DNA of 61,413 nucleotides, the filler included. It is 7 parts of 7 records of this genome, joined end to end, with 100 filler letters (N's around TTAATTAATTAA, not from the genome) between each part and the next. Parts side by side here need not be neighbours in the genome. Positions count along the whole stretch, not along the records: positions 1 to 27,719 come from SRR15195285_727; 6 more parts are not named here. The stretch is one strand, 5' to 3'. The notes beneath the pieces were generated by a model, which was not told where the DNA came from, did no database searches, and saw nothing but the letters and a program-made list of their open reading frames with translations. The position numbers and the translations under genes were made by a program. This document shows, piece by piece, positions 1-12,700 of this stretch (its first letter is position 1; the number at the start of each line of letters is the position of its first letter).

Positions 1-5
1 CGGCG

Positions 6-29
6 CCCCCCCCCCCCCCCCCCCCCCCC
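6..29 (+). repeat. poly-C homopolymer (24 nt) at window start
   Basis: Run of C read directly from the sequence. Confidence 0.9.
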
Positions 30-184
30 ACGGCCCCGCCCCCTTTCTCCCCTTTCCCCGTCCCGTCCGAAGCATTGTGTCAGGTGAGAGCTGCGGCGGG
101 GGAGTGGGCTGTGAATGGAGGGGAGGAAGGGTGAGGGGGGATTTGTCAGGTTTTGAACGCGATTGGCTCGTTGTGCTCTCGCAG

Positions 185-1901
185 ATGGCGGCGGCCCTCG
201 CAGCAAGCATGATGGATGCGGGGGGCGGGGCGCCTCCTCCGGGCGCTGGCGGTGGCGGTGGCGGCGGTGCCGTGGAAGCGTTGGTGCGTCTTCGGGTTGT
301 GGCCATGCCGTGCGCTCGTGTCAGCCAGGTGCTTGCGAGCAGCTGACGCCTGCTTGCCGCCGTTCATTGCAGATGATGGCGGAGACGAGCAGCGCTGCTG
401 CATTGGAGGTGGGTATCTGCCCGGCTCCCGAACTGCGCTGCGCAAAAAGTGTCCTGTGCGTGCGCTGTCGGCTTCTGTCTGACTCCCTGCTGCGGCTGCG
501 CCAGGCTCTGGATGGCATCAAAGGAGCGGTACCCGAGGAGCTGCGCGCCTCGCTTGACGAATGCCGGGCGCTCTACGAGTCCAAGTACGTCCTCCCTGCC
601 TGCATCGTCGTTGCGCGTGGGGTGCAGCTGATGTGCGTGTATTGATGTGCGCGCTCGTGCAGGCGATGGCATGAGCTGACCAACCAGTTGGACGCTTGCC
701 TCGGGATTGCGGCTTGGCTGACCAACGATGCAACCAAGGGTGCAGTGGTGGAGCTGTACAACAGTTTCATCTCCACTTTCTGGGAGAAGCTGAACCGCAA
801 GCGGCTTGCTAGCTTTATGATCAAGGCGGCGAGCTGCATTACTGCCGGTCCGGAGGCTCGCCTGAGCTTCCTCCAAGACGGGTCCTCCAAGCTGCTGACT
901 GAGCGCACTCCGGACGATGAGGCTGGCCTGGTCCTGCGGTGCGAGATGGCCAGCATCGTCTTGCAGACGGGCGAGACCAAGGAGTGTAAAAAGATGGTAG
1001 AGGAGATCGAAGAGAAACTTGACGGGATGACCGGCTGCGAAAATCGTACCTACTCGACGTTCCACAAAGCTGCGGCGCTCTACTACAAGTCGATGGCCGA
1101 CGCAGAGGCTTACTACAAAGCGGCGCTGCAGTTCCTTGGCTACGTGGACCTGGCCGACCTTTCAGCGGAGGAGCAGCACTCGTGGGCGTTCGATATTGGC
1201 AAGGCTGCGCTTCTGGGCGAGAAAGTGTTCAACTTCGGGGAGCTGCTGGTGCACCCGGTGCTGAAGGCCCTGGAGGGCTCGCCCGAGGCTTGGATGACGG
1301 AGCTGCTCCTGGCGTTCAACGCTGGGGACGTTGCAGCGTACAAGGCCGCGGTACAGACGCACGGGGCGGCGATTGGCCAACAGCCGGAACTTGTCGCGGG
1401 CCAGACCTCTCTGGAGCAGAAGGTCGCGATCCTGGCGCTGATGACGCTTGTTTTCAACCGCGCCGGCGACGAACGAGTGCTCTCCTTCAGTGATATTGAC
1501 ACAGCCACAGGCGTCGGCTCTGACGGCGTAGAGTTCTTGGTTATGAAAGCAGTATGTATCGGGGTGATCGACGCGACGATCGACGAGGTCGAGGTGCGTG
1601 CCTCGAGCGCCCGGCCGCACTGTCGGTGCAGCACCTTGCCAGTCTGTGCCACTATCGGCAACACTACAAAAGTAGCTTTTGTTGGTGGCGTGACATCTTG
1701 GCTGGCGCTGCATGATAAATATCTGAACCCAGTCACTCCCGTTGCTGTGTGTAGGGAAAGGTGGCAGTGACACGTGTGCAGCCGCGGGTCCTCACCGTCG
1801 ATGCTGTAGGTGTGATGGCTGACAAACTCGAGCAGTGGTGCGGGGTGGTGAAGGAGACGCTCGTAATGGTTGAGGACGCGTCGCCAGAGTTGTTGGCTTG
1901 A
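185..1901 (+). CDS. PSMD13: 26S proteasome non-ATPase regulatory subunit 13 (RPN9), PCI-domain lid subunit; exons 185-283, 373-408, 505-584, 663-1593, 1755-1901
   Basis: GT-AG splicing joins the frames into LYESKRWHELT, AALLGEKVFNFGELLVHPVL, VEFLVMKA..GVIDATIDEV and VQPRVL, all characteristic of RPN9; exon phases are consistent. The start may be 185 or 373; likely 5' UTR intron at 84-184. Confidence 0.93.
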
Positions 1902-3714
1902 GCTGAATGAAGATCAACTCGACACTGCACCGTTTCGGCTACCGTCGACGGCGGCAGCCTGCCCGTCCCCTCCACAGCCACTTGATTCCCGTCTTCCACG
2001 TCGTATCTGTCGCCTCCCACTACAGCTGTACGCTTTGTTCCTGTCCCAGAAGCTGCGTACCGTCGTTGGATCCATCGTTTGATCCGCCACACGTCGACAG
2101 ACGGGCTCATCTGATGATTATCTCTTGCCCAATCATAGCGGTCGACCACAGGCCAGTTGTCGGCAAGAATGCTTTTGACTGTTTGAACGGGGGCTGTGAA
2201 TGTACCGGAAAGCACTTGCGTCGTGGGCTCCGATGTCCGGTGGGCAGGCAAAATGTGCAAAAAAATGGCATCTTGTTCTCACCGCTCGAAGCCTGCGGCA
2301 GCTGCTGGTGGAACCGAGCGCTCAGCATCACGGAATACTATGATACGAGTCGGAACCAGCGCCAGCGCCCACGTTGGTGACGCAGCAAGGCCCAGCTGGG
2401 CTGGTCTGTGCCGCAGAGCCATCCGAACTGGCCGCCGCGCGGTCTGCATCAGAAAAGCACAACACATGGTCACCGCTCCCGTGCTGATACCGGGAGCATG
2501 GGTCCGAGCGCCTTGCCTGCCCCCAACACCATGTCAGGGACCTCCTCCGCCTACCCATGAGCGCTGAGCTGCCGCAGCCAGCGAGTGCAGCCGGCCGCAG
2601 TGGCGTCCGAGAGGTGTCAAATCGACCTCCGAGACCGGTTTTGGAGGCCACTGCCAGCGCCGAGGCACGCAGCACAGCGCGCGGGTGGAGTAGCGGGTTC
2701 GTACAGACCTCTGGGCGGTACCGTTCTTCCGATCGAAGGCGCTCGGACACATGCTCACGCCACCAGCACGGGAGCGGCGGCCGTTTTTCGTGTGTTTCGC
2801 GCCGCAGCAGCGCGTTCTGAGTCGCCCTCGCTCTGGGTAGTCCATCAGCACCCGCGACAATTCGCGTTGGCAACATTTGTGAGTACTTTAAATGCAGTTT
2901 TTCTGAGCCGCGGCGGCCGATCCGCGACCGACGCTTGGCCTCTTGGGATCCCGCAGCCGCGGAAGCCTGAGAGACTCGGGATCGATTCCCTGGTTCGTTG
3001 TACAGTACTATGAGCATCAGCCACACAGTTGACCAACAGTACAGTACAGCTGTAGGATTCCTACCTGTAGCATCACTCCAATGACCCATTTTTAGCTTCA
3101 CAGTCATGCCGTGTGCTTCGTTTTGGAGGCCACTGCCCACCAGCGCCGAGGTACACAGTACGTACTGTTCGATGAGCATCGCTGCCTCGAGGCTGCAGCG
3201 GGTTCCAGAGACCCGATTTCTCAGTGGAGTTCTCGGACGCCGCCCGCAGGTCGATTCTCGATCAGTACAGCTCACCCAGTTCATGAAGACGCGAAGCATG
3301 CGCCTTCAGAATGGTACTAGTTTCCAATACAGACCGCATAAAGAATAAAAATAAAAAATACCCCGGCGCTTGACTTTGCATATGGAATTGGAAATCGATC
3401 AGTCGTTGCAACAGAGATTTTTTGATGCCGCAGATGGGACAGACGATGGCGCTGCTGTGGTTTGGCGGCGCAGAGGACGGCCCCATGGGGAGGATGCGCT
3501 GAGGTGCTGAGGTGCTGTGGCGCGCGGCGTGCAGGGGATGAGTGGCGGCAGTCCGCAGCAGCGAAGCCGCGCAGGCACATCAGCAGCCGGCTCGCAGTCT
3601 GGGGGCATGCCTGGCCATGAGGCTGCGGGCGAACAGCAACACGGCAGGCGGTGCGTGCTGCGGTGGGCTCGGGCCGGCGCTGAGCACAGCAGAGCTAGGC
3701 GCACGGCGCGCGAT

Positions 3715-6700
3715 ATGTGGAGCGCTCCGGCACTGGTGGGGCTGCTGGCGGCGCTGCTCGTTTCACCATCCTCGATCGACGGGCAGGCCATGCGCGAGCA
3801 GCGCTACTGCTTCAATCTTGGAGATGGGGTGTGCGACGAGGGCCCGTACACCGAGGCTCCGTGCGCCGTGGGGTCGGACGAATACGACTGCCGACGGCAG
3901 GTCGGCCATGTGCAGGCCGATCCCTACGGTAACGGCTGGCAGGCCGGGCGTATCGTGGACGTACACGATGGACGCTGGCCGACGACTTGGCGTTCCGCGG
4001 AGGTTAGCACTCAGAGCGTCACGATCGAGCTCGATCGACCACGCTGCCTTGCGACGCTGCGCATGACGTGGTGGGATACGTTCTCGGCGCGCGACTACCT
4101 GGTGATGCACTCTCTCGATGGCGAGACCTGGTCCGTATTGTTCAGGGGTGACGACATAGCCAAAGGATATGGCAACCGCGTGGACGATTGGGAGCTTCCA
4201 ACACTTGAGCAAGTGGACGGCGCTATGGTGGGCACGACTGGGCGAATGCGATTTCTTCGCCTGGCCATGGCGACAGGCCATGGCGCTCACTATGAACTGC
4301 AGACAGTGGATTGGACGGAGGACGATGCCCTGTGCCCGGCATGCAATGTTTGCGCAGCCGTTGTTCTGAATGGGGAGGCGAGCACTTGCACCCTTGTGAC
4401 GACGCCTTCTGGCGCGCAATGTGCTTACACCGCAGCCAGCGACCCGGATGGAATCGCTGACAGTGGCGATGAGGTCGAGGAAGCCTGCAATGATGCATTG
4501 ATGGACTGCGCCGCGTGCACGGCGCAAGGATGTGCGTGGTGCGACGAACCGTCAGGTGCATCGTGCAAGCCGGACACAGCAGGATCCTGCCTTGCCTCCT
4601 CGAATCACACAAGCTCTTGGAGAACACCAGAGACGCTGCAGCGGCGCACTTGTGCTGGTGAGTGCGACGGCGAGTATTGCAATCCTGAGACAGGATACCG
4701 CGCCGAGTGGCTGGAAGTTGCTACATACACCGACCCACCGTTCTGGCCAGCCCCTGCATCTGTGTTGCCCGCGTCTACAAAACGAGCGGGTGTCCCACGA
4801 GAATGCGCTGCATTCGAGATTCTTATCAGCGTGGATAACGCAGTGGCCTCGTCAACCCACGCGAGCGAGAATTTTGCCCTCGAGAAGCTGTTCGACGGCG
4901 AGACGTCAGAGATTGCGTTTCAAAACGTATGGCAGACTGCCGCGGGATGCCTAGAAATGACTGGAGACTTCTGCACCAAGATGGAGCCGCAGTGGGTGCG
5001 GTACGATTTCGGCCAGCCTCAGGCAATATGCTCGTATGCGATGCGTAGTCGAAAGCAGGGTAGTCTGCTGTGGATGAGCCCGAAGTCCTGGAATTTCGAG
5101 GGTTCCAACGATGGATATCACTGGATCACGATCTCGCAAGTGAGGAACGAGGACGAATGGGAAGAAACCGCAGACAACGAGTTGCCACAGCTACGTACCT
5201 ATGACCCCGGTCTAGCTGTGTTTCGGTGGTATCGGCTGTACTTTACCGAAGTTTTCGGCGAGGGCCTGCAGGAAACACTAGCGCTGTCTTTGCAGGAGAT
5301 GCAGTTCTTTGCACCACTAAATGAGTGCATATCTGATCCGTTGGAGTACGAGTCGGCCGCCCCTACTGATAGCTCGGATCGTGAGTGCACCATGGTGCTC
5401 CAGTGTACGTCGCTTGAGTATGAAACTGTGGCACCAACAGCCACGAGTGACCGAGAATGTGCTTCTTTACGGTTCTGCCAGTCTTTCGAGTACGAAAGTG
5501 TGGCGGCAACGGCAACGAGCAATCGAGAGTGCACGATGCTCCAGACGTGTCCTGAAGGTTCTTACGAGAGTGTTGAGCCTGCCTGGGTGCAGCCTGCGTG
5601 CACAGGCCCTTCAACCACCTGTTACTTCGTAGCAGATCGCACGTGCTCTTTACTCCCAAACGTGAATGAATTTGTAGTGAGTAGAGTCTACAGCGACGCG
5701 TTGATTGTTCAGTGGTCTCGGCCGGTGATTGCACGAGCCCAGTATAGCTACACAGGCTTCCAGGTATACCTTAACGGGATCAATGCAAAAGCCGTCTCAG
5801 CAGTCTGTGTGGACGGGGGGATGATGTGTGCAGATGCAACAGCAGCTCGAGGGGGATGTCCCGATGGTTGTACAGGAGAGGCAGCAATTCCAGCTGCCGC
5901 TGTTTCATCCGCAATTGTTGCCACGCCGGCTGCGGGTGGCGATGTGGTGTCGCTCGTCGTGGAGGACACCACTATTGCTGCTGGGCAGTTGCTACAGCTT
6001 GCAGATGCTTTCGGTCAGACATGCGCCGCTCAACCGAAGGGCTCAGATTTGGAGGTACAGTCTGTACTGGCTGCAATTGCGGTTCCCGTGGCGTCTGCTG
6101 ATGACACGACTGAAATGGTGACTCTAGCAGTAGAAGAGCTGTCGATTGAGGTAGGCCAGGCACTGCGGTTGGTGAACGCTGAAGGCCAAACATGCCTTGC
6201 AGCGCCCACGGACTCGGATCTGATCGTCGAATCTGTGAGCCGCGCTACGTGCATTACTACTGTCGTGGAGGCCTGTGAGAGTGCAGCTGCAGATCAGGAC
6301 ATTTGCACCAGTGCCGGTGCGTGCACCTTTGCTGCGGCAGCCGGCGACATTCCAGCCACCTGTACGACAACAGAGGTACCAGAGTGTGCGGCAGCGAATG
6401 AAGACGCGGCTACTTGCGTGGCTGCTGGCGCCTGTACATTTACTGGGGCTCAGATCGCGCTCGCCACAGATCTTGAGCTAGGGGATGCATCTGCCATTCC
6501 TCCCCAAGCCTGCAGTGCTCTTACTATTTTGACAACGCTTGACGGGTATGACGCCTTGGTCTACACAGACACCCCTACAGCAGCTGGATTTGCGATTGGG
6601 GACACAGTCGAGATCACAGACACTGGCGGTGGTGCGTGTGCACAAATCGCATACGGCGAAGGTCCATATATCGTCAATTTTGTAGATGACACTTCAGTGC

Positions 6701-9700
6701 GATTCAGCGGCATCGCTGCTGGCGTGAGTAACCCCGTCGACCCGACCCTCTGCTCTATCGGGCGGCCGGCCAGAGATGCGAGCACACAGTGCACATTTGC
6801 TCGGCTGCAGATGCTCACGTTTGCAACGGACTTGACAGTTGGAGACGCGAATGCTGCAGCGTCTTGTGTCGTCACGCGCGCCCACACTTGCGCGGGCACC
6901 GCGAGCTGCATTTTGGGCCAGGAGGGTCAGGCAGAGGATTGCCCAGAATTTTGTGACTACGATCCAGGCCCTGATGAAGTTGTCGAGGCGAATGACTTCA
7001 GCCAGAGTCTTGGTCTGATTCAAACCTTGATCGGCCTGGAGACATCAACCTCGTACACCATCGCAATCCGCACCATCTGGGAGGAATTTGGACCAAGTCT
7101 TGCTGACAAAGCAATCACGCAGGTAACGGGGCCATCGGTTAGTCCGGCTGGACAAGGTACTCGCCTCTGGACGGACGCGATGGAGGTCGCATGGACACCC
7201 CCCGCCTCCCCATTCCCAATCATGGGCTGGGTCCTGTACAGTAGACTTACGCCGTACATTGTCTTGGATAGGCAAGATTGTGGTGGAACAGCGGTTGATA
7301 CACCCGTGACAGCAGATATTGCTGCTGCAACAGTCCCGGCGTGCATTGCAGCCTGCGACGAGAATCTGTACTGTTGCGGCTTTCGTTACGATGCGGAGAC
7401 GAACCCGCTACAATGCACACTGGTGGTCTCCTGCACGTACGAGTGTGGACATGGGTGCATGGGCAATTTCTACAAAAAGCAAGTCGCAGTTCGCGATGAC
7501 CCGCGCGATGTCGTGGGCCTGCACTTTGACAATGACTACACAGGGTCTACGGACACAGCTGCTCTGGTGCAAGGCCTACGAGCTGGCTCGACCTACGATT
7601 TCTGGGCTGTTGCACAAATTGTCGTGGATGGGGAGCTGATGGAGAGCTTGCCGCGCGATGGTACTGGCTCGGTGATGCCGTCTTTTCAACAAATGACGGT
7701 GCCTGCCGGAACAAATCTCATTATGCAGCCGATGACAACTCTGCGCCGGAGTGACGCAATCCAGGTCTCTTGGGATGAGCCCGAAGTACCTAGCGATGTC
7801 ATTATCAACGGGTATCAAGTGTATTACACCGACCCGACTGAGGTTCTCGGGGATGTTGCTTGCGTGGACGATGTCTCGATGTCATGTGAGGCATCAGATG
7901 TATCGTGCCGTTCGACGCATTCCTCTGGCTCTGTGATGGCGTCAGGATGTTGCCAGTCGTGTGCAGGGGTCGGGTTGTTTCCAGATACACCGGCCGTGTC
8001 TAGCCTGGACCTCTTTCCGAGATGTGGTCATTGTGGAGTATTCGTGCCAGCGAACCCAAGGGAGATGCTAATCCGAGGCCTCAGCCCATCCACTTTGTAC
8101 GCGTTCTACATGGTACCGATTATTACCGATCAAGGCCTTGCAGAGCAAGGTGGCTACCCTCACAGCGGTGTTGCGCTGACGCCTCTTACATTCACTGAGT
8201 GGACTGCCCCAGACGTAATTGCGGAAGCCGAAACGACTACGCTGGCTTTTGATTCGGTTAGCTTGTCCTGGGACTTGCCGACGTTGCCTGACGACGGTGC
8301 GGATATCGTGGGCTACATCGTTATGTATCGTCGCTCGATGTGTGGATATTTCGAGAACTCAGTTGAACTTTCAACAGTTTATGGCGCGAATGCTTTTCTG
8401 GGTACTGGACCGATCACTTCTGCAGCGATTGAACATTTGCCTGAGCGCAATACCGAGTATGATTTCGTTGTAGTTCCAATCGTTACTGACAGAAACGGTC
8501 TGGAAACCATCTGTTTTCCATACGTGGGTGGTACTGAAGCGCTGCCACAAGAGCCCACGATTAGGCCCCTGATAGATGCACAGGTGGTCACAGCTTTCTA
8601 TACTGGCCGCACGGCGGATGTGCCAGGTCGACCAACGAAAGTCGTCGCCGTGCCAGCATCAGCAGCACTGGAAGTATCGTTCGAACCTCCTGCGGTGGAG
8701 GGACGATTTAGCGCAGTTGAACCTCTTTACAGAGTATCACTGGTACCCGAGGTGATCATTTACACGATCCATTGCGAAGCAGCAGGCGAGTGTGTCTTTG
8801 CTCCGGCTAATCCATACTCAGGCAGAGAGGCCTCGTGCGCAGCTGTTGCGACTACATTCTGTGAAGATGCCGACCTGGGTGCTGAGGAGATCGATGTGGA
8901 ATTGAAGGCGCAAATGTGTGAGGCAGCTGGTAGGTGTACCTACACGGCAGCCACCGACCCTGACGGAGTAGAGGACAGTGGCGACGAGGTTGTGGAGACC
9001 TGCTGGGCTACCGACTCACTGGCGTGCGCTACGGTTGACCTCGACCTCAATGTCTACATGGAGACCTCTGAGAGCCCAGCTGTAGTCACAGGGCTTTTGA
9101 ATGGTGTCACGTACTCCGCTGCTGTTGCTGCAGCGAACGAGTTTGGGTACGGCCGAGATTCGATTACACCGTCCACAGGCATGCCGTTCTCTGACTGTGA
9201 GCCCTTTGTTCCGTTCGCGCACGCCGACGCCTCATGCCATGACGGCAACGCATTTGGAGCTGTATGCGAAGTGGAGTGCCACGCTGGGTTCTACCAGGTT
9301 GGAAGTACGTTCTACGAGTGCCAGGCAATTGGTGAGTGGCAGGGTGACATGCGATGCCTGGACGTGAACGAGTGCTTGAGCACGCCCTGCACCAATGGAG
9401 GAGCTTGCAGGGATTCGTCCGATCTGAGCCGACCATTGCTTCCTTTCGACACGTTCAACTGCACGTGTAGGTTTGGATATGTAGGGGAACTCTGCAACGA
9501 GTATCTAGATCCTTGCCTCTCCGTGCCATGCCTCAACGGTGGCACATGCGATCATGGCTCCGAGTGGGACTACATTTGCGCGTGCACTGAAAACTTTCAG
9601 GGCGATCATTGCGAACGGTGCGACCCTGGCTGGGAGGGGCCGGACTGTGCGACTGATGTCAACGAGTGCGCCTCCTCTCCGTGCTACAACGATGGCACAT

Positions 9701-12700
9701 GCTTCGATGCATTCAACGTATGGGTGTGCGAATGCCGCGATGGCTTTAGTGGAGCACGATGCGAGCAAAACATCGATGACTGTGCATCACGCCCGTGCCG
9801 GTCTGGAATCTGCCACGATGCAGATAATGCATTTACGTGTGAATGCGCTGTAAGCACGACAGTAGCCTATACTGGTGAAAGGTGTTTTACCGGTCCTATG
9901 GATCGATGTGACGACAATCCATGCGCTGTACACGCTTTCTGTATCTCCGATGATCTGTCCGGAGATACTTGCATTTGTGAGTTCGGCTTCTCTGGAGACC
10001 CATTCGAAGAGTGTCTGGACGTACAGGAGTGTGCCAGCGACCCATGTGGGCTGGGTGGCACCTGCGTGGAGCCTGATCCCAGCTCCTTTGGGTGCATTTG
10101 TAGGGACGGGTTCGACGGTGCTCATTGCGACGTGGAGATCTTTGACTGTATCAGTTCTCCATGTGTAAATGGGGGTCTCTGCCATGATATCGCCCCAGGT
10201 TATCTGTGTGCTTGTGCTGCTGGATTCGACGGCGACAACTGCGAAATCTCAACGGATGACTGCGCCTCGCAACCTTGTCTCAATGGCGCAACATGCTCAG
10301 ACTGGGTAGATGAGTACAGCTGTTTCTGCCAAGCTGGCTACAGCGGTGGGCGATGCGAGTCAGAGCTTGACATTTGTCTGGCTGGCATTGATGACTGTGA
10401 CCCTGAATTGTCCATATGCACGCACACTGGGCCAGGATCATACCGTTGCATCTGCATTGAAGGATTTTCTAGCGAAGATAGCTATAGTTGCGTAGATGTC
10501 GACGAATGTGCAATCTATCCTTGTGATTCCATTGGAGCGCGAGTTTGCTCGGAGTCGACAGTGGACGTCACTATCCCCGCAGGTCGATTTGTGTGCGGAT
10601 GCAGAGACGGTTTCACTGGGCCATTATGTGAAATCGACTTGGATGAATGCATCGGGCTACCATGTCAAAATGGAGGCGTATGCAATCAGCGAGATGGCTA
10701 CTATACGTGTACGTGTACAACTGGTTACGACGGCTACAACTGCGAAAACGAATCAGACGAGTGCCGGTCGGACCCATGCGTGCATGGTTCTTGCACAGAC
10801 GGTGTCGTCAGTTATACGTGCGTGTGTGATGCCGGCTGGGATGGGGACAATTGCGCTGTCGACAAAGATGAGTGTGCATCAGAACCCTGTCAGAACGGTG
10901 CAACATGCCTTCACTCGCTTCGCGACCATCAAGTGCATGACAACGTACTGGCCGGTGGCACACTTGATGCATACAGCTGTGCTTGTGCAGCTGGATACGC
11001 GGGGCTACACTGCGAGTCTGATTTCGATGAATGCAGCTCGTCACCGTGCCTCAATGGTGGGCGCTGCATTGCTTACAAGTCAACGACGTTCGGTGATGCG
11101 GATGCGTACACGTGCAAATGCTTACCGGGCTACGATGACGAGATATGTGGCACAGTAGTAAATCCTTGCTTGCGGCAGACAGATGACTGTGACAGGGTTC
11201 GGTCTGAGTGCACTGGGCTCGGTCCAGGTGAGTTCAAGTGCACCTGCAAGGCCGGCTGGGCTGGAACTGACTGTTCCGATGACATTAGGATACCGACGCT
11301 AGTGTGCCCACAATCACTGACAGTGACCAACACCGACGGAATTGCATTCGGAACAGTGGACGCGAAGATGCTGTTGCCGGCTGAACTCGCAGACAACGAT
11401 GAAAACACCCCTGGCTTGACGATGCGCACATGCGTGACCGGTTTCAACTGCGTCGATTTAACGCCTGCTGATTTCGTCCACGTCGAAACCAACACTGTTA
11501 CCTTTCCACTCGGAATATCCAACGTGGAGCTATCTGCATTCGATAGCTTGTCTGGAGCGTGCGATGTATTCGATAATCGATGTGGGGCTATTGGCATGGC
11601 GCAGTGCGGCGACTCTTGTATTCCGACGTCTGCAGATAAGGCAGAATGCCAATTTACCGTCACGGTGGAGCATCCCCAGGTGCAATACTATACCTTATCA
11701 CAGGGTGATACTGGGCACTTTGCACCGCATGAGGGAGGATCGATCGCCGCCACAGCAACCACTGGATCACACGATCAGCACTTCTTCGACCTGCGCAACT
11801 CGGGAAGCACCACTTTGCAGGTTGACTCTGTTACCAGCGATGTACAGTGGGCCTTCATCTTTCAGGGCGCGGTGTATACCCAGCTTGATACGCCGATACG
11901 ACTCGCGGTGGGACAGTCAGCTCGTATTGGTGTCCTGTTTCATTCTACGACTGCTGGCGTCTACGCAGGTGGTATCACAGTCGTTTCGAATGACCCGTTC
12001 TCATCCCGCCTACGTGTACCGCTCTCATTCACCGTGGATGTTGCCACAACGTATACAGTTCTCCTGCCTGACGCGATACCACAACAAGTCATGTCGCCGC
12101 TTGAACGGGCTGCAACAGATACGACGGTGTACAACGTAAAGGAATCTAGCGTCGGTTGGGAACTGCTCGGGTGTACAGGCAGCTCTGGAACAAGAGTACT
12201 TCCTCCAAGATGGTTCGATGGCGAGGTGACTGTTCCTCCTGGAGCAGTAGACACGTCAGTCGCGTGGCTAGGCGCTTTGCCTACATGTAGCGGAATTCTG
12301 CAACCGGGTGCCCAGCAGTCCTTAGAGGTACTTTTCGAAGCTCCCTACAGGGCAGGTGTATATACTGCTGCGGTGGAGCTTAGCAGCTGGTGTCACAATC
12401 CGTGTCCGCTAGTGACGTTGGATGGAACCGCGGAGACGTGTACAAGTGCCGGACCCTGTACACATGTGGCTGCGGTGAGCCCGGTCGAAATGTCATGCTC
12501 GTGCCCAATTGACCTGCGCAGCCCAGAAGAGAAGTGCACCGATGCTGGTACGGTCGACCTAGTCGTAGAGGCGTGCGTGGCATCTAACCCGTACTCGGCA
12601 TTCTTCACAACAGTGTGCGGCGCAGTTGACATGCGACACCCAAGCGAAAAATGTATCTCCGCCGGGCATTGTGAGTACAGCCGTCCCGTTGGAGGTGCAT

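Noticed and set aside
6-141. G-quadruplex promoter element (poly-C and G-rich tract)
   Set aside because: Homopolymer at the sequence edge may be an artefact; no supporting evidence.
1907-3348. ORFs between RPN9 and the giant gene (e.g. 2328-3299 minus)
   Set aside because: No recognisable motif or consistent splice model; they cross promoter-like low-complexity DNA.
3517-3714. GTG-started N-terminal 66 aa of the 7319-aa ORF
   Set aside because: Eukaryotic gene; the signal peptide begins at ATG 3715.
9361-11283. Notch orthologue
   Set aside because: EGF run only; no LNR, single TM or ankyrin region.
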